A stretch of DNA of 64,000 nt from assembly GCA_965248445.1 (NCBI GenBank), contig CBDFJG010000004.1, forward strand, positions 1,632,001 through 1,696,000, given 5' to 3'. The translations under genes and the position numbers were made by a program. Below, piece by piece: positions 20,061 through 30,632 of this stretch. The notes beneath the pieces were generated by a model. The model made no database searches. It saw nothing but the letters and a program-made list of their open reading frames with translations, and was not told the DNA's origin. Numbering within the stretch: position 1 is the stretch's first letter; each line of letters opens with the position of its first letter. The stretch is from Planctomycetota bacterium. GTDB taxonomy: Bacteria; Planctomycetota; JAJSAM01; JAJVHW01.

Positions 20061-20381
20061 GTGGTAACTAGCGTGAACGTGGAAAGGCGATCGCAGTTTC
20101 AAGCGGCTTGCGCGGAACTCGCTCGCGCCGGTCTAATCACAAGCCAGAAGCCGAATGCTGGGATCCTCCGCGGCGCCATCCCAGCGGGCGACACACCGCG
20201 CCTCATCGCGCGGCTCGCGACGCACTACGTCGAACTCGATGGCCGCACCGGCAAGGTGGTGCGCAAGATCGAGCAGATCCCGCACACCCACGGCGCCGCC
20301 CTCAGTCCAGACGGTGCGACCGCATTTGCGATCCACCCCGAGACCGGCGACGTGACGTCGGTGCCGCTCACAGACAACTAG
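20061..20381 (+). pseudogene. Fragment with a YncE/YVTN-like beta-propeller blade
   Basis: VELDGRTGKVVRKI...HTHGAALSPDGATAF looks like a single propeller blade; the N-part is not coding-like. Confidence 0.4.
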
Positions 20382-20549
20382 CCGCGATGTAGTCACATGC
20401 ACGGAGACGCGGTCCGTCGCGACTCCTCGCTCGGCGTGATCGCTGGGCGGTAAGGGTGCGTGCGGGGGAGTGACGGCGATTAACCCAACTGAGCCAGACC
20501 GGCGCCTTCGTCGGGTCGCTGCCCGACGTGGACGTCGAGGTCGAACAGT

Positions 20550-20681
20550 GGCGTTGGCGCGTGAATGCCGGGTGGCGCGTCTGCCGAGCCTGAGCCATCG
20601 CGAAGTGGCTTTGGCTCGGGCAGGACTGGCAGCACGCTCAAGCTCGACGCGGACGCCAGGAGGCATTCATGCACCAACGCC
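20550..20681. repeat. 132-bp inverted-repeat element (MITE/REPIN-like), copy 1
   Basis: Arms GGCGTTGGCGCGTGAATGCC / GGCATTCATGCACCAACGCC (18/20 complementary); inner GAGCCTGAGC...GGCTCGG. Confidence 0.75.
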
Positions 20682-20763
20682 CCTCCCGGTAGCTTCTCGG
20701 CAGGGTTCCGCGCAGAAATCGACACCCAACACCCTCCGAGTGGGACTTGACTGGAGAGGCATC

Positions 20764-22137
20764 GTGACTGAACCCGCCACCGTCCCCATCGACACGCTCC
20801 TGGAGCACCGGACCTGGGTCCGGTCCCTCGCCCGGTCCATCGTGGGGGACGTTCACCTGGCCGAGGACGTGGCGCAGCAGACGTGGGTGAGCGCACTTCG
20901 GGCTCCTCCTGCGCACGGCGGGTCGATCCGAGGTTGGTTGGCCACGGTGACCCGGAACGCCGCGCGGAAGGCACGACGCTCGGAGGGCCGGCGCGCGGCG
21001 CACGAGAGCGCGGCCGAGGGCCCGCCGGCGGGGCCGTCGCCCGCGGACCTGGTGGCCCGGGCGGAAGCCCATCGCCTGGTGGTGCGCGCCGTCCTCGCGT
21101 TGCCGGAGCCCCAGCGCACCACCGTGCTCTTCCATTTCTTCGAGGACCTGCCGTTGCGTGAGATCGGGCGGCGGACCGGAGTGCCCTACGAGACCGTCCG
21201 CGGCCGATTGCGGGCGGCGCTCAGGTTGCTCCGGGCCGCTCTCGCGGCGCCGGCGCGAGGCCACGACGCGTTCGGGCTGGGTCTGCTGGCGCTGGCGACC
21301 AGTCGCGGGCTGGACACAGCCGGCACGGGCACGGCCGTCGCAACTACGGGAGGTGTCGTCGTGGGTATCGCTTCCAAGGTCACTGCAGGGATCGCCGTGG
21401 TATCCCTCTGCGCCGCCGCGTTCTGGGTCGGCCGCACGTCGGCACCGGGAGTGGACCCCGCCGACCTGGCGGCCGTTGCACTTAGGGTCGACGAGTTGGC
21501 GGCGCGTGCCGAAGCCGTGGACCGCGCCCCGACTCGGGGCCGGGCGGCCGCTTCGTTGCTGGAGGGGCGCGTGGCCCAACTCGAGTTGGCTGCCGCCGGC
21601 CGGCGAGCGGGGCGGCGCCGCGTCGGCGGCTCCGCAAAGGAACCGGCTGGGACGGGGGAGGACGCCGCCGGGGTCGCGAGCAGAGCCGCCGAACTCGAGG
21701 CGGCGACGAAGGCAAAGACCGATGCGGCCATCGATCTGTTGGAGGCTACCCAGACCTCTCTCGAGCGGGCGTTCCGTCAGCTCGAGCTGCGTCTTCTCCC
21801 GGAGGCGGAGCGCTGGGAAGTGGCCCGTACCACGGTGGGCCTCTCCGAGTATCAGGTGGCCGGCCTGCAGCGGGCGGTGGCCGCGCGGGACGCCGCCTAC
21901 GCCGCGGCGACCGTCCAGTCCGTGGAACGCGGTCCGAACGGACCGGTGGCCGTCACCGCCGTGGACGCGGACGCGGTCGAGCGGGCGGACGCCGAGTACG
22001 CACGGGCGTTCAACGGCGCGCTGAACGAGAAGGAGCGCGGCGCGTGGGTCGAGGGCGGGTTCGCCGGTGCCTTCGGCGATGACAAGCCGACCAACGAGCG
22101 GCTGGACCTGGAGGTCTTCGAGAAGGACGACTACTAG
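20764..22137 (+). CDS. ECF RNA polymerase sigma factor with C-terminal TM and extracytoplasmic extension
   Basis: GTG 20764 after GGAGAGG; sigma2 (AEDVAQQTWVSAL, GWLATVTRN) and sigma4 (LPEPQR..HFFEDLPLREIGRRTGVPYETVRGRL), then a TM helix and coiled coil. Confidence 0.9.
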   Translation: MTEPATVPIDTLLEHRTWVRSLARSIVGDVHLAEDVAQQTWVSALRAPPAHGGSIRGWLATVTRNAARKARRSEGRRAAHESAAEGPPAGPSPADLVARAEAHRLVVRAVLALPEPQRTTVLFHFFEDLPLREIGRRTGVPYETVRGRLRAALRLLRAALAAPARGHDAFGLGLLALATSRGLDTAGTGTAVATTGGVVVGIASKVTAGIAVVSLCAAAFWVGRTSAPGVDPADLAAVALRVDELAARAEAVDRAPTRGRAAASLLEGRVAQLELAAAGRRAGRRRVGGSAKEPAGTGEDAAGVASRAAELEAATKAKTDAAIDLLEATQTSLERAFRQLELRLLPEAERWEVARTTVGLSEYQVAGLQRAVAARDAAYAAATVQSVERGPNGPVAVTAVDADAVERADAEYARAFNGALNEKERGAWVEGGFAGAFGDDKPTNERLDLEVFEKDDY

Positions 22138-22375
22138 CCTCCCTCTCTCACCACGTCGGCGCGGAACTCGTCGGACTCTCGGTCAGCGGTCGTCGCGCGA
22201 TCTTGCAGTGGCGCTCCAGTCCGCGCGGAGGCCGCTGCGCGTTGAGCCCCGTACCCTGCTCCTGCGATGTGCGGTCGACGAGCTGCGCTCTTCAGCGAGT
22301 AGGCCGTCAAGGCGGTCGATGTCGCTCTCGAGCGCCGGGATGCGGACTTCCGTCAACTCCGCCTACTCTGCCGGC

Positions 22376-23605
22376 CTAGTCCCCGCGTCCACGTACCCCT
22401 GGGTCCGATGCCGACGCGCGGTAGACCCACTTCTCGTCGAACGGATCGACCTCTGCCAGCGACGTGGCATCGGTGACGCAGACCCGGGTCTCGTCCGCGG
22501 GGAACTCCTCGCCGACGGAACGCGGATAGTAGAGCCATCCCCTGCCGGAACCCGCGCCCGACCAACGTACGCGGAACGGCCCGAACGCGATCACCTTCAC
22601 ACCCTCGGTTGAGCCGCTCTCGACAGCCCCGTTCAGGCGATCGAGGGACGCGGCCCCATCCTCCCGGAATGCCCATTGCACGGACGTGCGCTCTGGCGTC
22701 ATCGCCTGCCCGCGCAGCGCGAATGCGCCCACGGCACGGGCGTTCCGCACAAGGATCACGCGACCATCCCGAACGCCAAGCCCACGGGACGCTCCACGGC
22801 GCCACAGGTGCGGACAGTCCTCGCGTCCGCTCTGGCCGACGGCGATCTGCCAGGCGGCGCCCGTGTGACCGAAGCGGATGGCCTCACACTCCACGCAGGT
22901 CTGCCGCACGATCACATCTCCCGCCACATCGCCCTCGGGAACCGGGACGTGGGGTCCGCCCGACGGCTGCGGATCGTCTGGTCGCGTGCTACGCCGCTCG
23001 ATGCGCAGTGCATCGACGAGCCAGCCGCGGGTGCGCGACCAGACGAATTGCGCCTCGACGTCGGATGCGCCGCCCTCGAACAGACCCACCATGGTGTGCC
23101 GGCTTCGGACCCGTTCGCCCTTCCAGCGCGGCTGTCCTTGGTGGCGAGGTGTCCGAACGCTGACGAACGCTCCGTGTTCCTGACGCAGTTTCGCCAACAC
23201 CTCCATCGACATGCCCGGACCCGCAGCGGGCGGCGGCGACGCGTCGCGCTCCGAGCCGAACGCAGCGGCAAGGAACTCGTCCACGATCCGGTCGCGCAGC
23301 AGCCCGTCCACGCGCTGCGGGGTGCGACGTTCAGCTTCCGGGTCATGGGCTTCGTGCTCGCGCAGCGCGGCGATCATCTCCTGGTCTTCGTCGGAGAGGA
23401 GATGCAATCGTTGCTGCCATCTGCTCAGCCACTCAGTCTGGTAGGCGTGCCAGCCCTCATCGATGGTGCCTGCGGACGCATCACGCGACGAAGGCGGGGC
23501 GGCAGGAGTGTCTTGCTGGGTAGCAATCCAGAAAGCACCCAGGCCGATGCAAGTAACCGTCAACGCGACACCGACGAGCACGATCCAGATCTTCCTCGGG
23601 TCCAC
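22376..23605 (-). CDS. Membrane-anchored hypothetical protein starting with the MDPRK module
   Basis: GTG 6 nt after TACCAT (leaderless); TM helix IWIVLVGVALTVTCIGLGAFWI. Confidence 0.7.
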   Translation of the reverse strand: MDPRKIWIVLVGVALTVTCIGLGAFWIATQQDTPAAPPSSRDASAGTIDEGWHAYQTEWLSRWQQRLHLLSDEDQEMIAALREHEAHDPEAERRTPQRVDGLLRDRIVDEFLAAAFGSERDASPPPAAGPGMSMEVLAKLRQEHGAFVSVRTPRHQGQPRWKGERVRSRHTMVGLFEGGASDVEAQFVWSRTRGWLVDALRIERRSTRPDDPQPSGGPHVPVPEGDVAGDVIVRQTCVECEAIRFGHTGAAWQIAVGQSGREDCPHLWRRGASRGLGVRDGRVILVRNARAVGAFALRGQAMTPERTSVQWAFREDGAASLDRLNGAVESGSTEGVKVIAFGPFRVRWSGAGSGRGWLYYPRSVGEEFPADETRVCVTDATSLAEVDPFDEKWVYRASASDPGVRGRGD

Positions 23606-23751
23606 GCCCCGATGGTAGCGGGCGTGTCGGCGCATGAGCCGGCCCGGTCGCGCATCGCCGCCGTCATCCCGAGCCTGACGCCGTTCCGGAGCGGCGCGTG
23701 CAGGTTCATCGCGTATGCTGCTCGTTGGTTGGACGGGGCGTGGAGGCGCTC

Positions 23752-24900
23752 ATGACTGCAACACGCCGCCGCAGGGCACTCGTCCGCAACGTGATAGCTC
23801 TCGCCGCCGCCATCACCGTGTGCTCCACGGTGCCCGGCGTTGCAGGTCGCAAGCGCCCCCGCCGCGCGACGATCTCCGTCGAGACACCACTCGGGCTTCA
23901 AGGGCGCCGGAGTGCCGGAGAGCGCGTCGCGATCGTCTTCCACCTGGCCGACCGACGCCGCCGGCGGTTGATAGTGGACGTCGAGTACGGCTGGGACGTG
24001 AACGGTGATGGAGTCGTGAACGGCGGGTCGGACGGTCACATCTCAGGGCTCCCATCGGAGTACTACCCGGCCACCATCGCGGCCGACGACCCGCGCGATA
24101 CGGGCACTACTCGCCGCCGCCGCCGCGATCGGAGTCGGTTGCAGCGCGTCTTCGGGGCGTCGCGAAGTGGCGCTGCGCAGATCGTCGTGTGGGACTCGCT
24201 CCGTGACATCGGACGGTATCCGATTCTCTTCGGTCCCGTGCCGCTACGCACGCCACAGGGTCGCACGATCCCGGACCCCGACAACTCCCCGGGCAGCGTC
24301 CTTGTCAGATGCACTTCGCTCGGCGTCGTCATGCGCATGCGAGCCCGGCGTATCGGCCGCCGGTCCCCCCGATCGGACTGGGCGTACGCGCATCCCTTCT
24401 CGATCGACAACATGTCCGTGCCTTCGGCGGAGATCGAGGCGATCGGTGCGGTGGAACTGCCGGATGGCGTTGTGGCCATCGACTGGCGCGCGTTCCACGA
24501 CGACAGCGAGGACAAGGACGGCGACGGCGTCCTCGACCTGCGCGACCTCGAGGACTGGAACGGCAACGGCCTTCTGGACGCACTCCCCGTGGCGGTGGCG
24601 TTTGACCATCACCGGATCCAGCCCGGTGAGACCATCCCCGAGTTGGAGCACGAGCTTGCGGAGCTCGACTGGTGGCCGTGTACCCGGGCTTCCGATCGCG
24701 GCGACCCGGACGACGGCGTGCCCTCCGCGCCGACCGGCGTCGGTCGCGCCGCGACGTTCGTGTGGGACTTGGCCTTCGACCGCGGCTTGGCCGTCGACGC
24801 CGAGGGCGAGTACCTCGTGCGCGCGACTCCGTACGACGGCGCGAACGTCGGCGCGCCGGTGTACCGGCTCACCTCGGTGGCGATACCTGCCGACCGCTGA
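23752..24900 (+). CDS. Secreted hypothetical protein with DxNGDG/DxDGDG motifs
   Basis: GGAGG RBS, signal peptide, DVNGDG, DKDGDG, DWNGNG, duplicated 'VWDS/VWDL' beta-sandwich motifs. Confidence 0.75.
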   Translation: MTATRRRRALVRNVIALAAAITVCSTVPGVAGRKRPRRATISVETPLGLQGRRSAGERVAIVFHLADRRRRRLIVDVEYGWDVNGDGVVNGGSDGHISGLPSEYYPATIAADDPRDTGTTRRRRRDRSRLQRVFGASRSGAAQIVVWDSLRDIGRYPILFGPVPLRTPQGRTIPDPDNSPGSVLVRCTSLGVVMRMRARRIGRRSPRSDWAYAHPFSIDNMSVPSAEIEAIGAVELPDGVVAIDWRAFHDDSEDKDGDGVLDLRDLEDWNGNGLLDALPVAVAFDHHRIQPGETIPELEHELAELDWWPCTRASDRGDPDDGVPSAPTGVGRAATFVWDLAFDRGLAVDAEGEYLVRATPYDGANVGAPVYRLTSVAIPADR

Positions 24901-24907
24901 CGTCCCC

Positions 24908-25162
24908 GTGCATCCACCCCGCCGCCCGCGCCGCTGGAGCCCTCGTGCGTTCGGTGTCGTCGTGCGCGTCGCGGTGGTCGTCGGCCTGGTGGCGATGGTG
25001 GGGTGGCCGCAGAGGCACGCAACGTCGCGGAACCGATTTCTTGGAGGCGACTCCTGCCGCTATCGGCTGCAACTCACGCTTCTGCCGGGGGAGGTCGTCA
25101 GCCATTGGCACGGGAGCTGGCGCGACTCCTCCCTCGGCGTGATCGCTCCGCGCGGGGAGTGA
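24908..25162 (+). CDS. Small membrane protein, conserved-ends family member F1
   Basis: (V/M)HPPRRPRRWSPRAFGVVVRVAVVVGLVAMVGWP...RDSSLGVIAPRGE; the ends match 34506-34874 and the split copy. Confidence 0.65.
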   Translation: MHPPRRPRRWSPRAFGVVVRVAVVVGLVAMVGWPQRHATSRNRFLGGDSCRYRLQLTLLPGEVVSHWHGSWRDSSLGVIAPRGE

Positions 25163-25335
25163 TGCGCACTCCGCTGGGGATGTGGCGTTGTGGCGGCTAG
25201 TAGGGGACACCCCCGATACGCTGGGCGTGCGAGCGCCGCGACCCGCCACGATCCCAGGGGCTTCGCGATTGCGACGCTCCCGTTGCAGGCGGGCCGACCG
25301 GCCCCCTAGAGTCGCGGGCTGAAGAGAGGTGGCTC

Positions 25336-25536
25336 ATGCTCGCGACCGCGCGTCTTGCATCCTGGCTCGTTACCGTCGGTGGACTCGCCGCGGGGGTCTA
25401 CTTGGTCGCGGGCTCGCCGGACGATGATGACTTTCTCACGCCGCGTGTACTCGTCGCCGCCTGCGGCATGGGGGTGCTGGCGCTTGTGATGTATCTGCTC
25501 GTGCTCCGTCCGCGCGGGAAGGGGCCTCCGGAGTGA
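25336..25536 (+). CDS. Small two-helix membrane protein
   Basis: GAGGT RBS; two hydrophobic helices. Confidence 0.55.
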   Translation: MLATARLASWLVTVGGLAAGVYLVAGSPDDDDFLTPRVLVAACGMGVLALVMYLLVLRPRGKGPPE

Positions 25537-25834
25537 CCCCGAGGGCTCTTCCCGGCCCGTGAACACGGCACGGACCACGCCGAACAGCGACCAGCGGCGG
25601 GGCTTCCTCGGGTCCACGCCCCGATGGTAGCGGAGGGGCGACTCACTACCCCTCCGCCAGCGCGACCAACCGCGCGACTCGGCGAAGGTAGGCTGCATCC
25701 CCTACGCTCTCTGCGATGAAGTACGCAGCGTCGAGTGGCCCACTTGCGGGCTGCTTGAATTCAGAGGCAAGGTCTCCCGACGCAGCCCTGGCCGACGCGA
25801 CGAGGACACTGCCGGACGCGCCGAGAGCGCCCGC

Positions 25835-26416
25835 GTGAGGGCTGCGTTCTCGCGTGCGGTGCTCGTCGCAGTCGCGACGTGCCTCGCCCTGCTCGTCTCC
25901 TGTGCGCTGGCGTGGGCCCCGGCGGGGCTGACGTGGCTCGCCGCGCCAGTAGTCCTGTTCGTTGCCACGTACTTGCTCGTTGTGCTGGGGCGGTTGCGGG
26001 CGACATCAGCGGATGGCGCCCCGGACTCGCGAGCCAGCGCGGTGCGACGCATTGGCGTCGTCTGCGTGTCGCTCGTCGTTGGCTCACTCATCCTGTTGGC
26101 GCTGGACCTCCCGGCCCGCGTCGCCTTCGTCGTCTGGCGGCACGACTTCGATCGGACGGCTGGCGCGTTCCATCCTGGCGAGCCGTGGCGGCAGGTCGGC
26201 CGCTACGTCGGCCCGTATCGCATCGACATGATCACGCGAGACGAGCGGGGTGGCCTCTACATCCGCGTTCGCGAGGAGTCGGGCATCCTGGAAACGTACT
26301 CCTACGGCTTCGCGCACGACGCCAACGCCGAGGGCACCCCGTTCGGCGACGCGGGGTACGCACGTACCCACCTGCGCGGCGGCTGGTCGTGGTTCGCCGT
26401 CAACGACGACTGGTAA
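25835..26416 (+). CDS. Hypothetical membrane protein
   Basis: Three TM helices followed by a soluble domain ending HLRGGWSWFAVNDDW. Confidence 0.7.
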   Translation: MRAAFSRAVLVAVATCLALLVSCALAWAPAGLTWLAAPVVLFVATYLLVVLGRLRATSADGAPDSRASAVRRIGVVCVSLVVGSLILLALDLPARVAFVVWRHDFDRTAGAFHPGEPWRQVGRYVGPYRIDMITRDERGGLYIRVREESGILETYSYGFAHDANAEGTPFGDAGYARTHLRGGWSWFAVNDDW

Positions 26417-26481
26417 GCCGCCGCCCACGCGGACTGACCTGCCGCTCCGCCGCGGGAACGTCGAGTCGCTAGACTGTCCCC

Positions 26482-26559
26482 ATGCAGCCGCCCCGTCGGC
26501 CGAGGACATGGAGTCCTCGCGCGTCCGGTGACACCGCGTTCAACCCGCTAGTTCGATGA
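26482..26559 (+). pseudogene. Truncated conserved-ends family member (MQPPRRPRTWSPRA...)
   Basis: Preceded by the same promoter module as 34874 (…GCCGCTCCGCCGCGGGAACGTCGAGTCGC-TAGACT-GTCCCC-ATG); stops after 25 codons. Confidence 0.6.
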
Positions 26560-26569
26560 AGCAGGCTGT

Positions 26570-26953
26570 CTACTCAGTGTCCGAGACGAGCGAGAATACG
26601 TCGTCGTCGAGTGGCACGCATTGACTGGCGAAGCGGTGAATCACCCGATCTTCGAGCGTCTTCATGTCGCGGTACGTCAGAACCTCAACATGCGGAACAG
26701 CGATCGAACGGACCCGCACATGGCGCGCCTCACCGCCGAGCGTGAGCGCGAGTACGCACGCCGTCGTGAACCCGCGTGCGATCCACTTTCGCCGCGAGCC
26801 CCCGAGGCTCAGGGCGCTTCTAGGACGCCTCGGTGCGAACACACGCTGGGCTGAGTCCATTCGGCGAGTCGATCTGGAACTCGCGCTCATCCACGGGAGC
26901 CGGGTGATCACCTCGCACCTGCGCACGGAGCGGCGGGGCTTCCTCGGGTCCAC
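26570..26953 (-). CDS. Hypothetical protein or fragment starting with the MDPRKPRR module
   Basis: TACCAT-CGGGGC-GTG start identical to 23605 and 25617. Confidence 0.4.
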   Translation of the reverse strand: MDPRKPRRSVRRCEVITRLPWMSASSRSTRRMDSAQRVFAPRRPRSALSLGGSRRKWIARGFTTACVLALTLGGEARHVRVRSIAVPHVEVLTYRDMKTLEDRVIHRFASQCVPLDDDVFSLVSDTE

Positions 26954-27028
26954 GCCCCGATGGTAGCGGAGCGACTCTTACCACGATGGCGGCGGACCTC
27001 CCGGGACGTCGCCAGGACCACGGAAGGA

Positions 27029-27316
27029 CTACGAGCGACTCCCCGGTGGCGGGTTCCGCCAGTGGTCGATCGCGTTAAGCAGCGCAAGCAGCGCGAACGG
27101 AAGGACCACGATCGTCACCATGGTCACGCCGACCTCGAAGCGGGACGGCTCAGGTCCGAACACGAGACCTGCGGCGCGCCGACCGCCGGCCCCGGCGACT
27201 CCCGCCATGAACCCCGCCAACGCTACGCAGAACAGGCACTCCGGTTGACGGCCAGACTCGTCGCGCCGGCCAATCGGCCATGTGCGTGTCTTCACGCTGC
27301 GAGTGTACTCAGTCAC
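27029..27316 (-). CDS. Small membrane protein
   Basis: Two hydrophobic segments; weak support. Confidence 0.4.
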   Translation of the reverse strand: MTEYTRSVKTRTWPIGRRDESGRQPECLFCVALAGFMAGVAGAGGRRAAGLVFGPEPSRFEVGVTMVTIVVLPFALLALLNAIDHWRNPPPGSRS

Positions 27317-27642
27317 CGTGATCGAGTCGGAGGGTCCCGGTGAGCCCCGCGACCGACGAACACGACCGCACCAAGGTCGACTGGCTCACGATCATGCACG
27401 GCACGCAACGCGGCGTTACCGTGAGTCGAGCCGCGACGCGCGCGCCCTAGCCGCATCTGTTCACGAGACGTCGCGATGACGGTGCTTTCGGAGTCCACAG
27501 GGTCAGATCTTGGCCAGGCGAGGGCGGATGCTGTCGTCGTTGCCACAAGGGCAACGCGAGTGAGCGGCCGAAACGGCGCGGATTCTGCGGTGTGGGCAGA
27601 CCGTAGGCCGGGCGGTGGTGTGGCGGACGGCGCGGCGGGACG

Positions 27643-29025
27643 TCAGGTCGGCTTCGGGGATGCCAGCAGTCGTTGCGCGCAGCGCTCGAAGACGTGCTGC
27701 CAGGGCCACGACGAGGACATCGAGACCCAGATCCGGCGCGTCGTGATCCGCACGAGCGCGCCGATCTTGAGCAGCCGCAGGCGGATCGTGCCGGCTTGCG
27801 CACGCGCCATCTCGGTGCCGGCGAGACCGATGCGTCGCAGCGCACAGGTCAGGACGTAGGCCATGGCCGACATGGCCATCCGCACGGCGTTGCCCTGCAT
27901 CGTGTGCACCGACAGACGGGTGCCGAAGAGCTCGAGCTGCTGCTCCTTGATGCGATTCTCCGCCTCGCCCCGGGCGCAGTAGAGCTGCTCGTAGAGACGC
28001 TTGCTGCTCCAGCTACGAGGCGGCAGATTGGTCACCACGAAGCGGGGATTGCGCTTGCCGCCCGGCAGGTGCTCGGCCTTGGCGACCACGCGACGCCTCT
28101 GGCTCCAGCTCCCCAGCGTGGTCCAGGCAAAGTCGCGAAAGACCCGGGCTGCTCGGCCGGTCTGCACGGCACGGGCTGCGGCCTCATCGAGCGCGTCTTC
28201 GACGTGTCGCTCAAGGCGCTCATTGCGCGCCATGCCCAGCAGGTAGAAGTGGCCGGCGGCCTCGCACCAGGCCATCAGCTCCTCGCGGCAAAAGCCCGAG
28301 TCTGCGCGCACGAGCACCTTGGCCCGGGGCCAGCGGCGCCGCAGACGTAAGACCAGCGCACGGAGCTCGTCCACGACTCCGCGCGCGGGATCTCTGTCAG
28401 CGGTCTGGAGCCGAGCGAGCAAGAGGTGCTCGCCGCAGAAGACGTACAGCGGCAGGTAGCAGTAGTGCCCGTAGTAGCCGTGGAAGAAGCGGCCCTCCTG
28501 CCGGCCGTGCAGCCGCACGTCGGAGTGGTCCAGGTCCAGCACGAGCAGGCCCGGATCCTCCGGCCCCATGGCCTCGCAGAAGACGTCGCTGAGCACGCTG
28601 TCCACGCGCTCCTGGTCCATCTCGATCTTGGCGTAGCGCGTCTGTGCCGTGGCGCCGAGCTGCGTGGTCTCGAGCCGCGAGAGCGTCGGGTGCGTGGCCA
28701 GAGCACCCTCGCGCTTGCCGCACGCCGCGGCAAACAGCGGGTCCTTGCCGACATGGTCGTGGTCCACCAGATCCTCGTAGCCCGCGCACAGCCCGAAGAC
28801 CCGCTGACGCAGCATCTGGCCGACCGTGTGCTCGACCCGACGCGGGTCCCGGTGGTCCCCGAAGCAGCGCGCAAACCGCGAGAGCAGATCGATGCGACGA
28901 TCGGTCCGCTCGAGCAGCAGCACGCCCCCGTCGCTCGTCACGGTACCGGCGTCGAAGCGCGTCACCGCGGTGCGTCCACAGATGCCCGCGAAGAGGGTCC
29001 CCTGCGGGCTACAGTCTGTCGTCAT
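27643..29025 (-). CDS. IS1380-family transposase (DDE_Tnp_1_4), copy 1
   Basis: FDAGTVTSDGG, GYEDLVDH, LHGRQEGRFFHGYYGHYCYLPL, VRADSGFCR, YCARGEAENRIKEQ. Confidence 0.95.
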   Translation of the reverse strand: MTTDCSPQGTLFAGICGRTAVTRFDAGTVTSDGGVLLLERTDRRIDLLSRFARCFGDHRDPRRVEHTVGQMLRQRVFGLCAGYEDLVDHDHVGKDPLFAAACGKREGALATHPTLSRLETTQLGATAQTRYAKIEMDQERVDSVLSDVFCEAMGPEDPGLLVLDLDHSDVRLHGRQEGRFFHGYYGHYCYLPLYVFCGEHLLLARLQTADRDPARGVVDELRALVLRLRRRWPRAKVLVRADSGFCREELMAWCEAAGHFYLLGMARNERLERHVEDALDEAAARAVQTGRAARVFRDFAWTTLGSWSQRRRVVAKAEHLPGGKRNPRFVVTNLPPRSWSSKRLYEQLYCARGEAENRIKEQQLELFGTRLSVHTMQGNAVRMAMSAMAYVLTCALRRIGLAGTEMARAQAGTIRLRLLKIGALVRITTRRIWVSMSSSWPWQHVFERCAQRLLASPKPT

Positions 29026-29249
29026 CGGGCCGGCGCTCCTGTCGGTGCAAGTACTAGCCGCATCTGTTCACGAGACGTCGCGATGACGGTGCTTTCGGAG
29101 TCCACAGGGTCAGATCTTGGCCAGGCGAGGGCGGATGCTGTCGTCGTTGCCACAAGGGCAACGCGAGTGAGCGGCCGAAACGGCGCGGATTCTGCGGTGT
29201 GGGCAGACCGTAGGCCGGGCGGTGGTGTGGCGGACGGCGCGGCGGGACG

Positions 29250-30632
29250 TCAGGTCGGCTTCGGGGATGCCAGCAGTCGTTGCGCGCAGCGCTCGAAGAC
29301 GTGCTGCCAGGGCCACGACGAGGACATCGAGACCCAGATCCGGCGCGTCGTGATCCGCACGAGCGCGCCGATCTTGAGCAGCCGCAGGCGGATCGTGCCG
29401 GCTTGCGCACGCGCCATCTCGGTGCCGGCGAGACCGATGCGTCGCAGCGCACAGGTCAGGACGTAGGCCATGGCCGACATGGCCATCCGCACGGCGTTGC
29501 CCTGCATCGTGTGCACCGACAGACGGGTGCCGAAGAGCTCGAGCTGCTGCTCCTTGATGCGATTCTCCGCCTCGCCCCGGGCGCAGTAGAGCTGCTCGTA
29601 GAGACGCTTGCTGCTCCAGCTACGAGGCGGCAGATTGGTCACCACGAAGCGGGGATTGCGCTTGCCGCCCGGCAGGTGCTCGGCCTTGGCGACCACGCGA
29701 CGCCTCTGGCTCCAGCTCCCCAGCGTGGTCCAGGCAAAGTCGCGAAAGACCCGGGCTGCTCGGCCGGTCTGCACGGCACGGGCTGCGGCCTCATCGAGCG
29801 CGTCTTCGACGTGTCGCTCAAGGCGCTCATTGCGCGCCATGCCCAGCAGGTAGAAGTGGCCGGCGGCCTCGCACCAGGCCATCAGCTCCTCGCGGCAAAA
29901 GCCCGAGTCTGCGCGCACGAGCACCTTGGCCCGGGGCCAGCGGCGCCGCAGACGTAAGACCAGCGCACGGAGCTCGTCCACGACTCCGCGCGCGGGATCT
30001 CTGTCAGCGGTCTGGAGCCGAGCGAGCAAGAGGTGCTCGCCGCAGAAGACGTACAGCGGCAGGTAGCAGTAGTGCCCGTAGTAGCCGTGGAAGAAGCGGC
30101 CCTCCTGCCGGCCGTGCAGCCGCACGTCGGAGTGGTCCAGGTCCAGCACGAGCAGGCCCGGATCCTCCGGCCCCATGGCCTCGCAGAAGACGTCGCTGAG
30201 CACGCTGTCCACGCGCTCCTGGTCCATCTCGATCTTGGCGTAGCGCGTCTGTGCCGTGGCGCCGAGCTGCGTGGTCTCGAGCCGCGAGAGCGTCGGGTGC
30301 GTGGCCAGAGCACCCTCGCGCTTGCCGCACGCCGCGGCAAACAGCGGGTCCTTGCCGACATGGTCGTGGTCCACCAGATCCTCGTAGCCCGCGCACAGCC
30401 CGAAGACCCGCTGACGCAGCATCTGGCCGACCGTGTGCTCGACCCGACGCGGGTCCCGGTGGTCCCCGAAGCAGCGCGCAAACCGCGAGAGCAGATCGAT
30501 GCGACGATCGGTCCGCTCGAGCAGCAGCACGCCCCCGTCGCTCGTCACGGTACCGGCGTCGAAGCGCGTCACCGCGGTGCGTCCACAGATGCCCGCGAAG
30601 AGGGTCCCCTGCGGGCTACAGTCTGTCGTCAT
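29250..30632 (-). CDS. IS1380-family transposase, copy 2
   Basis: Same protein as copy 1; ATG after AGGAG. Confidence 0.95.
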   Translation of the reverse strand: MTTDCSPQGTLFAGICGRTAVTRFDAGTVTSDGGVLLLERTDRRIDLLSRFARCFGDHRDPRRVEHTVGQMLRQRVFGLCAGYEDLVDHDHVGKDPLFAAACGKREGALATHPTLSRLETTQLGATAQTRYAKIEMDQERVDSVLSDVFCEAMGPEDPGLLVLDLDHSDVRLHGRQEGRFFHGYYGHYCYLPLYVFCGEHLLLARLQTADRDPARGVVDELRALVLRLRRRWPRAKVLVRADSGFCREELMAWCEAAGHFYLLGMARNERLERHVEDALDEAAARAVQTGRAARVFRDFAWTTLGSWSQRRRVVAKAEHLPGGKRNPRFVVTNLPPRSWSSKRLYEQLYCARGEAENRIKEQQLELFGTRLSVHTMQGNAVRMAMSAMAYVLTCALRRIGLAGTEMARAQAGTIRLRLLKIGALVRITTRRIWVSMSSSWPWQHVFERCAQRLLASPKPT

